The translations under genes and the position numbers were made by a program. 64,000 nt of DNA from an uncultured Gammaproteobacteria bacterium. GTDB lineage: Bacteria > Pseudomonadota > Gammaproteobacteria > Steroidobacterales > GCA-2729495. The notes beneath the pieces are model-generated. The model was not told the DNA's origin and did no database searches. It saw only the letters and a program-made list of their open reading frames with translations. This document shows, piece by piece, positions 47,959 to 57,556 of this stretch; positions within the stretch are counted from its first letter, which is position 1; every line of letters starts with the position of its first letter. The stretch is taken from assembly GCA_937921935.1 (NCBI GenBank), contig CAKZWQ010000029.1:9838-73837 (forward strand). Reading direction: 5' to 3'.

Positions 47959-48948
47959 GTGTCCCGCACCAATATCTCTATCCTGCTGGCCACTGCGTTG
48001 CTGGGTGTGCTGCTGTACGTCGTGCGGCAGATTGTCGTTGACCAGCCGGTTGAGCCCATCGAAGTCCCCGTCGCAAGCCCTGCCCCGGAGCAAGCCGACC
48101 CTGAACCGGCGCCGGTACGGGTGGACGATTCCGGGGAAGCCCTGCCCGTGATCGATAGCCTCGCCGCCCTGCGGGCGGTGCTGATAGAGCAGGGCATGGA
48201 CCCCGATGCAGCTCTCGCAAACACTCGGGACTGGTTCCAAGCACGCGGCTATTTGGCCGGCGGCCCCCTGAGCCGTTTACTCGGCGACGCCCAGACGGCT
48301 GACTACTATGCCTCCCTGGACGATGACACCTTGCGGAGCCTGAGCCAGGGCGGAGAAGCCCTGGCCACCCAGGAACTGGCTGGCCGCCAGCGCCTGACCG
48401 ACCCTTTCGTCGCCCTGGAAAGCTTGCAGGAGGCCGCGACCCAGGGCTCGGTGAATGCCTTGCTGAAGATGGCCTCGTTACGGGGAACTCTCGCCGAGAT
48501 CGGCCCGGACGATTTTGCTTCCGATCCCGACTTCGTGCGCCAGCTGAGGCGGATCGCCGGGAAGGACGGCACTGTGCTGCGCGTAGCAGCTTATGCCAAT
48601 GTCCTCACCGCCATGCGTGACGGCGGCCCTGCCGTCATCGATGACGAGCTCATGGGCTGGGCACAGGAAATGGAAAGCGGGCTGACCACCTTGCAACAGA
48701 CGCAGGCCTGCAATCGATCCTTCAACGAATTTCTCGGCCTGAGCAACCAGCGCCGTATGCGTGGCATGGCCCCCATTACCGTGACACCACCGCCCGCATT
48801 TCTCGCCCTGCCGGAGCTGGATGCACAGTTGCCCTGCCAGGAAACTATCAGCCCGGTAGCCAGCACCCAGATCCTGGATGACTGCACGGTACGAGAAGTT
48901 GTCGATGCACAGGGCCAAATCCGGGAACTGTATCTTTGCCCGTCCTGA
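47959..48948 (+). CDS. Hypothetical membrane-anchored periplasmic protein (TM anchor, Pro/Glu-rich linker, C-terminal 4-Cys region)
   Basis: 329-aa ORF (GTG start) 12 nt after ctaA. No motif recognised. Confidence 0.6.
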   Translation: MSRTNISILLATALLGVLLYVVRQIVVDQPVEPIEVPVASPAPEQADPEPAPVRVDDSGEALPVIDSLAALRAVLIEQGMDPDAALANTRDWFQARGYLAGGPLSRLLGDAQTADYYASLDDDTLRSLSQGGEALATQELAGRQRLTDPFVALESLQEAATQGSVNALLKMASLRGTLAEIGPDDFASDPDFVRQLRRIAGKDGTVLRVAAYANVLTAMRDGGPAVIDDELMGWAQEMESGLTTLQQTQACNRSFNEFLGLSNQRRMRGMAPITVTPPPAFLALPELDAQLPCQETISPVASTQILDDCTVREVVDAQGQIRELYLCPS

Positions 48949-48980
48949 TCAACTGCCCTGTCCACTGTTAGACTTCCAGC

Positions 48981-51152
48981 ATGGATGTCACCCCGATTAT
49001 CGATCCGCTGAATGAGGCGCAGCGCGAAGCTGTCACTGCACCTCATGCGCCGGTGCTGGTGGTCGCCGGGGCGGGCAGCGGCAAAACCCGGGTGCTGGTG
49101 CACCGGATCGCGTGGCTGATCCAGGTCGAGCGCGTCTCACCCCTGGGCATTCTTGCCGTCACCTTTACCAATAAAGCCGCCGCAGAAATGCGCGGGCGTA
49201 TCAGCAACCTGCTGGACATGCCCGCCGATAACCTGTGGGTGGGCACTTTTCATGGCCTGGCGCACCGCCTGTTGCGACGGCACTGGCGGGAAGCGGGCCT
49301 GCCCCAGGGTTTTCAGATCATCGATTCCGACGACCAGCAACGGATACTGAAGCGGATCGTTCGCGATCTGGAACTCGACGACGGCACCTGGGTGCCGCGG
49401 GAGATCCAGTATTTCATCAATGGTCAGAAGGATGAGGGCAAGCGCCCGGACCATATCAGCGATGAGGGCGAGCCCAATCGCCGCCAGCTGATTCACCTGT
49501 ATCGGGTCTACCAGGAAACCTGCGAGCAGCGTGGTTTGGTGGACTTTGCCGAACTGCTGCTGCGCGCCCACGAGCTGTGGCTGAACAACCCGGAGCTGCT
49601 GGAGCGTTACCGGCGGCGTTTCCGGCATCTGCTGGTAGACGAATTCCAGGACACCAATGCCATCCAGTACGCCTGGCTGCGCGTGCTGGCCGGTGACACA
49701 GGCCTGCCCTTTGCCGTGGGCGATGATGACCAGTCCATTTATCGCTGGCGCGGCGCACGCATGGAGCATCTGGAACGTTTCCAGAAGGACTTCAGCGGCG
49801 TACACACCATCAAGCTGGAACAGAACTACCGCTCCACCGGCACCATTCTGAAAGCAGCCAACGCCATAATCAGCCACAACGATGGCCGAATGGGCAAAGA
49901 ACTGTGGACCGAAGGTGATGAAGGCGAGCCCATCCGTTTGTACAACGCCTATAACGAGCGTGACGAAGCCGAGTTCGTGACGGCGCGCATCCAGGACTGG
50001 GTGAGCCAGGGTAATACCCGGGCGGAGTCGGCCATCCTGTATCGCTCTAACGCCCAGTCCCGGGTGTTTGAAGAGGCCCTGCTGCGCGAGAACATTCCTT
50101 ACCGCGTCTATGGCGGGCTGCGCTTCTTCGAGCGGGCGGAAATCAAGGACGCGCTGGCCTATCTGCGCCTCATGTCCAACCGTGACGACGATCCGGCTTT
50201 CGAGCGTGTCGTCAATCTACCCACCCGAGGCATCGGCGCGCGCACCGTGGAGATCGTGCGCGGTTATGCCCGCGCCTACAGCACCTCCCTGTGGCAGTCA
50301 GCCTGCTCCATGGCCGGCGGCCAGCTCAGCGGCCGGGCCGCGAATGCCCTGAAGGCTTTTCTGGAGCTGATTGAAAAACTGGCCGGCGACACCGACGGGC
50401 TGGCCCTGCACGAACAGGTGGACCACCTGATTCGTTACAGCGGAATCATCAATCATTACAAGAAAGAATCCCGGGAACGCGCCGAGGCCCGCCTGGAGAA
50501 CCTGGACGAACTGGTCAGTGCTGCACGGGGCTTCGAAGTGGACGAGGAAGAAGCCGAGGACATGACACCTCTGCAGGCTTTCCTGTCCCACGCCGTGCTG
50601 GAGTCCGGCGCGGCGGAAGGTGACAGCTGGGACGACTGCGTGCAGCTCATGACCTTGCACAGTGCCAAGGGGCTGGAGTTCCCCCTGGTGTTCCTGGCCG
50701 GGATGGAAGACGGGCTGTTCCCGCACCGGCGCTCTCTGAATGATGCCGGCGGCCTGGAGGAGGAACGACGCCTGTGCTACGTCGGGATCACCCGGGCCAT
50801 GCAGACCCTGTATATCAGCTATGCGGAGCAACGACGGCTGCACGGGGTGGATAGCTTTGGCCAGCCCTCGCGCTTTATCGGCGAGTTGCCTGAGGAACTG
50901 CTGGAGGAGGTCAGGCCCGCCATCCGGGTGTCCCAGCCCCTCTATCGCCGGCGGACCTCCCAGGGCCGGGCAGAGCCCCGGGCAGATACGGACGGGGTGA
51001 GGCTGGGCCAGCGGGTCCGGCATACGAAGTTCGGCGAAGGCGTGGTATTGAACTGTGAGGGCGGTGGCGCCCACGCGCGAGTCCAGGTGAATTTCGAAGC
51101 AGCCGGGACCAAGTGGCTGGTAATGTCCTACGCGGGTCTCGAACTCTTATAA
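48981..51152 (+). CDS. uvrD: DNA helicase II
   Basis: 'MDV...LN..QREAV', 'AGAGSGKTRVLVHRIAWL', 'VDEFQDTN', 'LMTLHSAKGLEF' motifs. Confidence 0.95.
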   Translation: MDVTPIIDPLNEAQREAVTAPHAPVLVVAGAGSGKTRVLVHRIAWLIQVERVSPLGILAVTFTNKAAAEMRGRISNLLDMPADNLWVGTFHGLAHRLLRRHWREAGLPQGFQIIDSDDQQRILKRIVRDLELDDGTWVPREIQYFINGQKDEGKRPDHISDEGEPNRRQLIHLYRVYQETCEQRGLVDFAELLLRAHELWLNNPELLERYRRRFRHLLVDEFQDTNAIQYAWLRVLAGDTGLPFAVGDDDQSIYRWRGARMEHLERFQKDFSGVHTIKLEQNYRSTGTILKAANAIISHNDGRMGKELWTEGDEGEPIRLYNAYNERDEAEFVTARIQDWVSQGNTRAESAILYRSNAQSRVFEEALLRENIPYRVYGGLRFFERAEIKDALAYLRLMSNRDDDPAFERVVNLPTRGIGARTVEIVRGYARAYSTSLWQSACSMAGGQLSGRAANALKAFLELIEKLAGDTDGLALHEQVDHLIRYSGIINHYKKESRERAEARLENLDELVSAARGFEVDEEEAEDMTPLQAFLSHAVLESGAAEGDSWDDCVQLMTLHSAKGLEFPLVFLAGMEDGLFPHRRSLNDAGGLEEERRLCYVGITRAMQTLYISYAEQRRLHGVDSFGQPSRFIGELPEELLEEVRPAIRVSQPLYRRRTSQGRAEPRADTDGVRLGQRVRHTKFGEGVVLNCEGGGAHARVQVNFEAAGTKWLVMSYAGLELL

Positions 51153-51189
51153 TGGCGTCCCCAGCGCGAGCAGCCAAAACGCTTCTTCC

Positions 51190-52578
51190 ATGAATATTCT
51201 GATCCTCGGCGCCGGCCAGGTCGGCTCCACCGCTGCTTATCAGTTGGCCCGCGAGGAAGCCAACGAAGTCACTATCGTCGATGCTGATGCCAGCGTGCTG
51301 CGCGACCTGCAGGACCGCCTGGACATCCGCACCGTCGTTGGCCACGCCGCCTACCCGGATGTGCTGGCCCGGGCCGGCGCCAAAGACGCCGATATTGTTA
51401 TTGCCCTGACCAACAGCGACGAGACCAACATGGTCGCCTGCCAGGTTGCCTACACCTTTTTTCGCACGCCGACGAAGATTGCTCGCATTCGCGGCCTGGA
51501 ATACATCCACTATCGGGGGCGCGAGGGTGAGGAGCTGTTTGTGCAGACAGCCCTGCCTGTGGACGTGGCCATCAGCCCCGAACAGCTCGTCATGGAGCAT
51601 ATCGAGCAGCTGATTCATTTCCCGGGCGCCTTTCAGGTGCTGGATTTCGCCGGTGGTGAGGTGCGCATGGTCGGGGCGCGGGCCCTGCGCGGCGGCCTGT
51701 TGGTGGATCAGCAGATCAAGACCCTGAAAGAACATATTCCCGGCGTGGAAACGCGCATTGCAGCTATTTATCGCCAGGGCGAAAGCATCGTCCCTGATGG
51801 CAATACACTGATTCGCGAAGATGACGAAGTATTTTTCATTGCCGGACGGGACGACACTCGCCTGGTCATGAATGAGATGCGCCGACCTGAAGACACCGTG
51901 CGCCGGGTTGTGATTGCCGGCGGGGGTAACATCGGCTTCCGCCTGGCTGCAGCCCTTGAGCAAACCAACCAGGTCAAGGTCATCGAGCGGGACCGTGACC
52001 GGGCACGCATCATTTCAGAACGGCTGAGCAAAGCCATTGTGCTGCACGGCGATGCAGCCGATGAAGAACTGCTGCTGGAAGAGAACATCGACGGTGCAGA
52101 TATTTTTGTGGCCCTGACCAATGCCGAGGAGGCAAACATTCTGTCCGCCATGCTGGCCAAGCGCATCGGCTGCAAAAAGGTCATGGCCCTGATCAATAGG
52201 CCCGCCTATGCAGAACTGGTCGAGGCCGGCACCATCGACGTGGCCATCTCGCCCCAGCAGATCACCATCGGCGCGCTGCTGGCCCATGTGCGACGAGGTG
52301 ATGTGGTCAAGGTCCACTCACTGCGTCGGGGCCGTGCCGAAGCCATTGAAGCCATCGTTCACGGCTCGGCCGAGAACTCACAGGTGGTCGGCAAGAATGT
52401 CGAGGACATCCCGCTGCCACCGGGCACTATCATCAATGCCATCTATCGGGATGCCAAAATTCTTGAAGCCCATCACGACACCGTCGTACAGGAAAACGAT
52501 CATGTCATCCTGTTCATCACGGACCGGCGACAAACCGAGGAAGTCGAGCGCCTGTTTGAAGTTGGTGTGAGCTTCTAG
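51190..52578 (+). CDS. trkA: Trk system potassium uptake protein TrkA
   Basis: Two RCK-N/RCK-C modules: 'ILILGAGQVGS' and 'VIAGGGNIGF'. Confidence 0.95.
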   Translation: MNILILGAGQVGSTAAYQLAREEANEVTIVDADASVLRDLQDRLDIRTVVGHAAYPDVLARAGAKDADIVIALTNSDETNMVACQVAYTFFRTPTKIARIRGLEYIHYRGREGEELFVQTALPVDVAISPEQLVMEHIEQLIHFPGAFQVLDFAGGEVRMVGARALRGGLLVDQQIKTLKEHIPGVETRIAAIYRQGESIVPDGNTLIREDDEVFFIAGRDDTRLVMNEMRRPEDTVRRVVIAGGGNIGFRLAAALEQTNQVKVIERDRDRARIISERLSKAIVLHGDAADEELLLEENIDGADIFVALTNAEEANILSAMLAKRIGCKKVMALINRPAYAELVEAGTIDVAISPQQITIGALLAHVRRGDVVKVHSLRRGRAEAIEAIVHGSAENSQVVGKNVEDIPLPPGTIINAIYRDAKILEAHHDTVVQENDHVILFITDRRQTEEVERLFEVGVSF

Positions 52579-52624
52579 ACGCCACGACACCAGTTATGCG
52601 GCGACTGACCCGGACCCAGGCACT

Positions 52625-54076
52625 ATGCGCATATCCGTAACACAGCGGATTCTCGGCCTGCTGCTGATGCTCTTCAGCACCACCATGCTGCCGCCCGTGG
52701 CTGTTTCTCTTGCTTTCGACGATGGTTCAGCCCTCGCTTTCATTTTTGGTTTTGCCGCCACTTTTGCCGCCGGCCTGCTTATCTGGCTGCCGGTCCGCAC
52801 GGAGAAACGGGAACTGCGCCTGCGCGACGGCTTCCTGGTGGTTGCGGCTTTCTGGCTGGGACTGGGGAGTTTCGGCGCTGCGCCCCTGTTGTTTGCGGAA
52901 GAGCCCTCCATGGGGTTTACCGATGCTGTCTTTGAAGCAATTTCAGGACTGACCACCACCGGTGCCACGGTCCTGGACGGCCTGGATAATCTGCCGCCGG
53001 CGATTCTTTATTACCGGCAACAACTCCAGTGGCTGGGCGGCATGGGCATCATTGTCCTGGCCGTCGCGATCCTGCCCATGCTCGGGGTGGGCGGCATGCA
53101 GCTTTATCGGGCCGAAACGCCGGGACCGGTCAAGGACACCAAGCTGACACCCCGCATCACGGAGACAGCAAAAGCCTTGTGGTACATCTACCTGGGCCTG
53201 ACTGTGTTTTGTGCCCTGGGCTACTGGATGGCCGGCATGAACCTGTTCGACGCTATTTGCCACAGCTTCAGTACTGTCGCCATCGGTGGCTTTTCCACCC
53301 ACGACGCCAGTATCGGCTACTTCGACAGCGGTCTGGTGGACGCCGTTGCCATCCTGTTCATGTTCCTGGCCGGCATCAATTTCTCCCTGCATTTCATAGC
53401 CTGGCGTTCGGTTTCCCTGCGCCACTACATGCAGGAACCCGAGTTCCGCGCCTATGCCACCATGCTGGTGGGCCTGTCCCTGTTCGTCGTGCTGAACCTG
53501 TTTGCCCAGAACGAGTACGAGCGCACGAGCGACACCCTGCTCAATGGAGTTTTCCAGGCCGTTTCCATTGCCACCACCACCGGTTTCACCACCACAGACT
53601 TCAGCCTCTGGGGTGGCGCCCTGCCGGTGCTGCTGCTGTTCTCCAGTTTCGTCGGGGGCTGCGCCGGCTCCACCGCCGGCGGCATGAAAGTCATTCGCGT
53701 CCTGCTACTCTATCGACAGGGCGTGCGCGAAGTACGCCGACTGATTCATCCCAGCGCGGAGATGCCGGTGAAACTGGGGCGCATTGCGGTACCTCAACGG
53801 GTGGTGGACGCTGTCTGGGGGTTCTTTGCCGTTTACGTGGTGCTTTTTGTGCTGATGATGGCAGTGCTGCTGGCCACAGGAATGGATCAGGTCACTGCTT
53901 TCTCCGCCATCGCGGCCAGCCTCAATAACCTGGGGCCAGGCCTGGGGGAAGTCGCCGGCGGTTTCAGCAGTGTGAATGACATCGGCAAATGGGTTTGCAT
54001 CCTGGCCATGCTGCTGGGGCGGCTGGAAATTTTCACGCTCCTGGTGCTGGTCTCGCGAACCTTCTGGCGTCCCTGA
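52625..54076 (+). CDS. trkH: Trk system potassium uptake protein TrkH
   Basis: 483-aa polytopic protein with repeated 'TTTG/GG' pore-loop-like motifs ('GLTTTGATV', 'VAIGGFST', 'ATTTGFTT'). Lies after trkA. Confidence 0.93.
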   Translation: MRISVTQRILGLLLMLFSTTMLPPVAVSLAFDDGSALAFIFGFAATFAAGLLIWLPVRTEKRELRLRDGFLVVAAFWLGLGSFGAAPLLFAEEPSMGFTDAVFEAISGLTTTGATVLDGLDNLPPAILYYRQQLQWLGGMGIIVLAVAILPMLGVGGMQLYRAETPGPVKDTKLTPRITETAKALWYIYLGLTVFCALGYWMAGMNLFDAICHSFSTVAIGGFSTHDASIGYFDSGLVDAVAILFMFLAGINFSLHFIAWRSVSLRHYMQEPEFRAYATMLVGLSLFVVLNLFAQNEYERTSDTLLNGVFQAVSIATTTGFTTTDFSLWGGALPVLLLFSSFVGGCAGSTAGGMKVIRVLLLYRQGVREVRRLIHPSAEMPVKLGRIAVPQRVVDAVWGFFAVYVVLFVLMMAVLLATGMDQVTAFSAIAASLNNLGPGLGEVAGGFSSVNDIGKWVCILAMLLGRLEIFTLLVLVSRTFWRP

Positions 54077-54080
54077 GTCT

Positions 54081-54587
54081 ATGGAACGTCTGCTGACGCA
54101 ACTCGAACGCGTCAATCTTGTTATCGGTCGCAGTGTCGCCTGGCTGACCCTGCTCATGGTGCTGGTGACCTTCGCCATCGTGGTACTGCGACGCCTGGAC
54201 CTGGGCTGGATCTGGTTGCAGGAATCCGTGACCTTCATGCATGCGGCGGTATTCATGCTAGGGGCCGCTTATACCCTGGCAAAAGAAGAACATGTCCGCG
54301 TGGATGTTTTCTATCGCGGCGCCGACCCCAGGCGCCGCGCATTCATTGATGCGACGGGCGCGCTGCTGTTTATCCTGCCCGTCACCACTTTTCTCTGCTG
54401 GCAGAGCCTGGACTATGTGTCGGCAGCCTGGCAGATCCGCGAAGGCTCGCGCGACGCCGGCGGCCTGGCGTATCCGGCGGTACCCCTGGTCAAGAGCCTG
54501 ATTCCCCTGACCGCTGTGCTGCTGGGAATGCAGGGCGTAGTGATGTTTCTGCGCAACGTACTGCGGCTGAGGCAGCCTCGCTCATGA
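54081..54587 (+). CDS. dctQ: TRAP transporter small permease (DctQ-type)
   Basis: 168 aa with 4 TM and 'EEHVRVDVFY' motif. Start Met 54081, 4 nt after the trkH stop. Confidence 0.85.
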   Translation: MERLLTQLERVNLVIGRSVAWLTLLMVLVTFAIVVLRRLDLGWIWLQESVTFMHAAVFMLGAAYTLAKEEHVRVDVFYRGADPRRRAFIDATGALLFILPVTTFLCWQSLDYVSAAWQIREGSRDAGGLAYPAVPLVKSLIPLTAVLLGMQGVVMFLRNVLRLRQPRS

Positions 54588-55951
54588 TGGCCCTGGTGAT
54601 GTTCCTGGCCGTGATTGCCATCATGCTCGCCGGATTTCCCGTGGCTTTTACCCTGGCGGGCACTGCGCTGTTGTTTGCGCTGGGCGGCACCGCCGCGGGC
54701 GTTTTCGACCCGGCTTTTCTGGGCACCATGCCCAACCGGGTGTTCGGCATCATGGGCAACGAAACCCTGGTGGCGGTGCCCCTGTTCGTTTTTATGGGGA
54801 TTACCCTGGAGCGAGCCCGAATCGCGGAGGACTTGCTCGATACCCTGAGCCTGTTGTTCGGCAAACTGCGCGGCGGCCTGGCGATTGCCGTAACGCTGGT
54901 GGGTATGTTGCTGGCGGCCAGTACAGGCATCGTCGGGGCAACGGTGGTTACGATGGGCCTGCTGTCGCTACCGACCATGCTCAAACGGGGTTATGACCCG
55001 GCTGTCGCGACGGGAACCATTAGCGCCTCAGGCACCCTGGGGCAGATTATTCCGCCGTCCATCATCCTGGTCTTGCTCGGTGACGTGCTGGGCGCGGCCT
55101 ATCAACAGGCCCAACTCAGCCAGGGCATTTTTAATCCCAAGACGGTCTCTGTGGGAGACCTGTTTGTCGGTGCGTTGATTCCCGGCTTGCTGCTGGTTGC
55201 CCTGTATATCAGCTGGCTGCTCATAGTGGCGTGGTTACGCCCCGCTGCCATGCCGCCGGGTCGCCTGGAAGACTCGGCCCCGGCTGATCTTGCCAGCCGG
55301 GTACTGCGGGCCTTGCTGCCACCCCTGTTGCTGATCGTCGCCGTGCTGGGCTCCATCATCACAGGCTTTGCCACCCCCACGGAAGCAGCGGCTGTAGGCG
55401 CTGCGGGCGCCCTGGCACTGGCGGCAATCCGCGGCCAGCTCAACCGCACCCGCCTGACAGAGATCGTGCGTGGCACGACCCGGATCAGCAGCATGGTATT
55501 CCTGATTCTGATCGGCGCCTCCTTGTTCTCCCTGGTGTTTCGCGGCTATGGCGGTGATGACGTTGTGCGCAATCTGCTGACGGGCTTGCCGGGCGGCGTC
55601 ATTGGTGCCGTGCTCGTGGTGATGCTGGTGATGTTCCTGCTGGGCTTCGTTCTCGATTTCATTGAAATCACTTTTGTCGTAGTCCCCATTGTCGGGCCGG
55701 TCTTGCTGGCTATGGGTCTTGACCCCGTCTGGCTGGGCATCATGATTGCGATCAATCTCCAGACATCTTTCCTTACACCGCCCTTCGGTTTTGCCTTGTT
55801 CTATCTGCGCGGTGTTGCGCCGCCGGAAGTGTCTACCCTGGCCATGTACCGGGGCGTGATTCCCTTCGTTGTTATTCAATTGCTGACCTTGTTACTGCTG
55901 GCTGCCTGGCCGGCCATGGTCACCTGGCTGCCGGGGCTGGTTTACGGCTGA
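54584..55951 (+). CDS. dctM: TRAP transporter large permease (DctM-type)
   Basis: 455-aa polytopic protein ('LVAVPLFVFMG', 'PPSIILVL', 'TPPFGFALFYL'). Overlaps dctQ by 4 nt. Confidence 0.92.
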   Translation: MMALVMFLAVIAIMLAGFPVAFTLAGTALLFALGGTAAGVFDPAFLGTMPNRVFGIMGNETLVAVPLFVFMGITLERARIAEDLLDTLSLLFGKLRGGLAIAVTLVGMLLAASTGIVGATVVTMGLLSLPTMLKRGYDPAVATGTISASGTLGQIIPPSIILVLLGDVLGAAYQQAQLSQGIFNPKTVSVGDLFVGALIPGLLLVALYISWLLIVAWLRPAAMPPGRLEDSAPADLASRVLRALLPPLLLIVAVLGSIITGFATPTEAAAVGAAGALALAAIRGQLNRTRLTEIVRGTTRISSMVFLILIGASLFSLVFRGYGGDDVVRNLLTGLPGGVIGAVLVVMLVMFLLGFVLDFIEITFVVVPIVGPVLLAMGLDPVWLGIMIAINLQTSFLTPPFGFALFYLRGVAPPEVSTLAMYRGVIPFVVIQLLTLLLLAAWPAMVTWLPGLVYG

Positions 55952-56430
55952 GGCTGCAGCCTGATACGCCGCACCGGGAGAGCCGGGGATTCACCGCGCG
56001 GCAGCCGGGCTCGAAACGCCGCGCATCCAGGCAGAGCCGTGCTTTGGTAAAGATGGCTCAGGCAGCCACAGTCCGATGCCCCGAACCCGGCAACGGGCCG
56101 CAGACCTCGCCCCCGACCCAGGCATTCAGCCCACTCGTGCTCCCCGGAAACGGCCTGGATCTGAAACCAGGCTTCGACCGGGGCAGCCACCGCGCGCAGA
56201 TAATCCACATGCCAGTGACGGCGCCCGGAGCCAGACACATGGCGACCCAGCCGGGCGCGCAGCCCGCCGGGGCCGAAGGCGCTGCCGACATACAGGTAGT
56301 AACCGGGGGAAAATTCGCCGGCGGCGCGGCGGCCCACCGTGAGCTGATGTCTTTGCTGCAAAAACAGCACCAGCACGTAACAGCCAGAGCGCGCCGGCAC
56401 AATCTCCCGAATCCGGTCGACTGTATCCAC
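55942..56430 (-). CDS. DUF123 / GIY-YIG (Uri) superfamily nuclease-like protein (start uncertain; GTG 56430 or longest ORF to 56550)
   Basis: 'GYYLYVGSAFGPGGLRARLGRH....RRHWHVDYL' and 'GFGASDCGCLSHLY' match the DUF123 pattern. Confidence 0.7.
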   Translation of the reverse strand: MDTVDRIREIVPARSGCYVLVLFLQQRHQLTVGRRAAGEFSPGYYLYVGSAFGPGGLRARLGRHVSGSGRRHWHVDYLRAVAAPVEAWFQIQAVSGEHEWAECLGRGRGLRPVAGFGASDCGCLSHLYQSTALPGCAAFRARLPRGESPALPVRRIRLQPQP

Positions 56431-56637
56431 AGCCTTCGCCCGTCCGGGTCTAGTGATTACAAAGAACCCGGACTTTTTTGACCGCTGCGTCCATGTCCCG
56501 ATCATCTGAGTTGGCGGCCAGTAAAGCCTGCTTCGCAGCGTCAGATGCATTCAAGACAAGGCTGGTACCGGCCAACAGCGGGATGATCGAAGGAAAGGGC
56601 ATCTGCATCTCAGGCTCCTGCCGGGCTCTCCGGAATG

Positions 56638-57129
56638 CTACCGCCTCACACGGCCACGTTGAAAAACGCGTCCGATTCTCAGCCGGTTATAACGTTGCAG
56701 CATGATGGGGTAAAAATTCAAAATAATATTGGCCAGCCATAGCCACGCAACAGCCGTGCTCCCGAGCATGGTATCGGTCAGTTCGATTCCCACTCCCATG
56801 GCAACGAAGCCGCCCAGGTGGCGCCATTCGATCATGCGAGTACGGCGTTCGTACTTGTGGAGCTCACGGAGGACCGAATGGCCACCCGGCGGAATGCTCC
56901 GCTGCCCGCGTCGTCGCGCGATCCAGTCGCCGCTGGTGGGCACATAGCGCTTGAACAAGGGGACGCCTAAACAGCGGTAGAGCCAGCCATGGCGCCACTG
57001 CTCGACGGACTTGAGAGAGAAGTACCAGTCGCGGAAGCGCTGCCAGGATCCGGCAAGAATCCCATTTTCAGAAAATTCCAGATCCTGTGAACGTGCTGCC
57101 CCGGCGGAGCGGGTCACCGGCGGGCTCAT
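56638..57129 (-). CDS. Glycosyl-4,4'-diaponeurosporenoate acyltransferase (CrtO)-like membrane protein
   Basis: 'YERRTRMIEWRHL' and 'FYPIMLQRYNRLRI' resemble the CrtO-family signature. ATGA overlap with the upstream DUF427 gene. Confidence 0.6.
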   Translation of the reverse strand: MSPPVTRSAGAARSQDLEFSENGILAGSWQRFRDWYFSLKSVEQWRHGWLYRCLGVPLFKRYVPTSGDWIARRRGQRSIPPGGHSVLRELHKYERRTRMIEWRHLGGFVAMGVGIELTDTMLGSTAVAWLWLANIILNFYPIMLQRYNRLRIGRVFQRGRVRR

Positions 57130-57407
57130 GCCGATACCTCGACCCCACGCCAGAATGCGACGCGATTGCTGATTTCACTGGCCGCCTCTTTGGGTGTGGC
57201 GTAGTACCAGGCGGCGTCGGCATTTTTCTGGCCATCGACGATGACATGATAGTAGTTGGCGGTGCCTTTCCAGGGACAGACGGTGGTCTTGTCGCTTTTC
57301 TCAAAGTGTTCCTGCTTGATCGCGGCGACAGGAAAATAGTGATTGCCTTCCACCACCACCGTGTCGTCACTCTGGGCAATTACAGCGCCTTTCCAGCTTG
57401 CCTTCAT
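57126..57407 (-). CDS. DUF427 domain protein
   Basis: 'VVVEGNHYFP', 'TTVCPWKGTANYY', 'DAAWYY..P......I...VAFW' motifs. Start Met 57407 inside a longer ORF. Confidence 0.75.
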   Translation of the reverse strand: MKASWKGAVIAQSDDTVVVEGNHYFPVAAIKQEHFEKSDKTTVCPWKGTANYYHVIVDGQKNADAAWYYATPKEAASEISNRVAFWRGVEVSA

Positions 57408-57556
57408 TCTTATTCTCCTTCGGGATGCGCAGGCGGCTGCATTTAGTATCCCGATATGTTCATTACAGTGCATAATATTTCGCTGCAAAGCGCAATCGGG
57501 ATTTGGGGCCCTTATCCGATCTGCGGTGAAATCCGTGCCAGCCGGGGAGTTAGGCC

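Noticed and set aside
48965-48979. LexA-box-like CTG...CAG just upstream of uvrD.
   Set aside because: The spacing is CTG-N9-CAG rather than the CTGT-N8-ACAG (CTG-N10-CAG) SOS box, and the inner sequence is not AT-rich.
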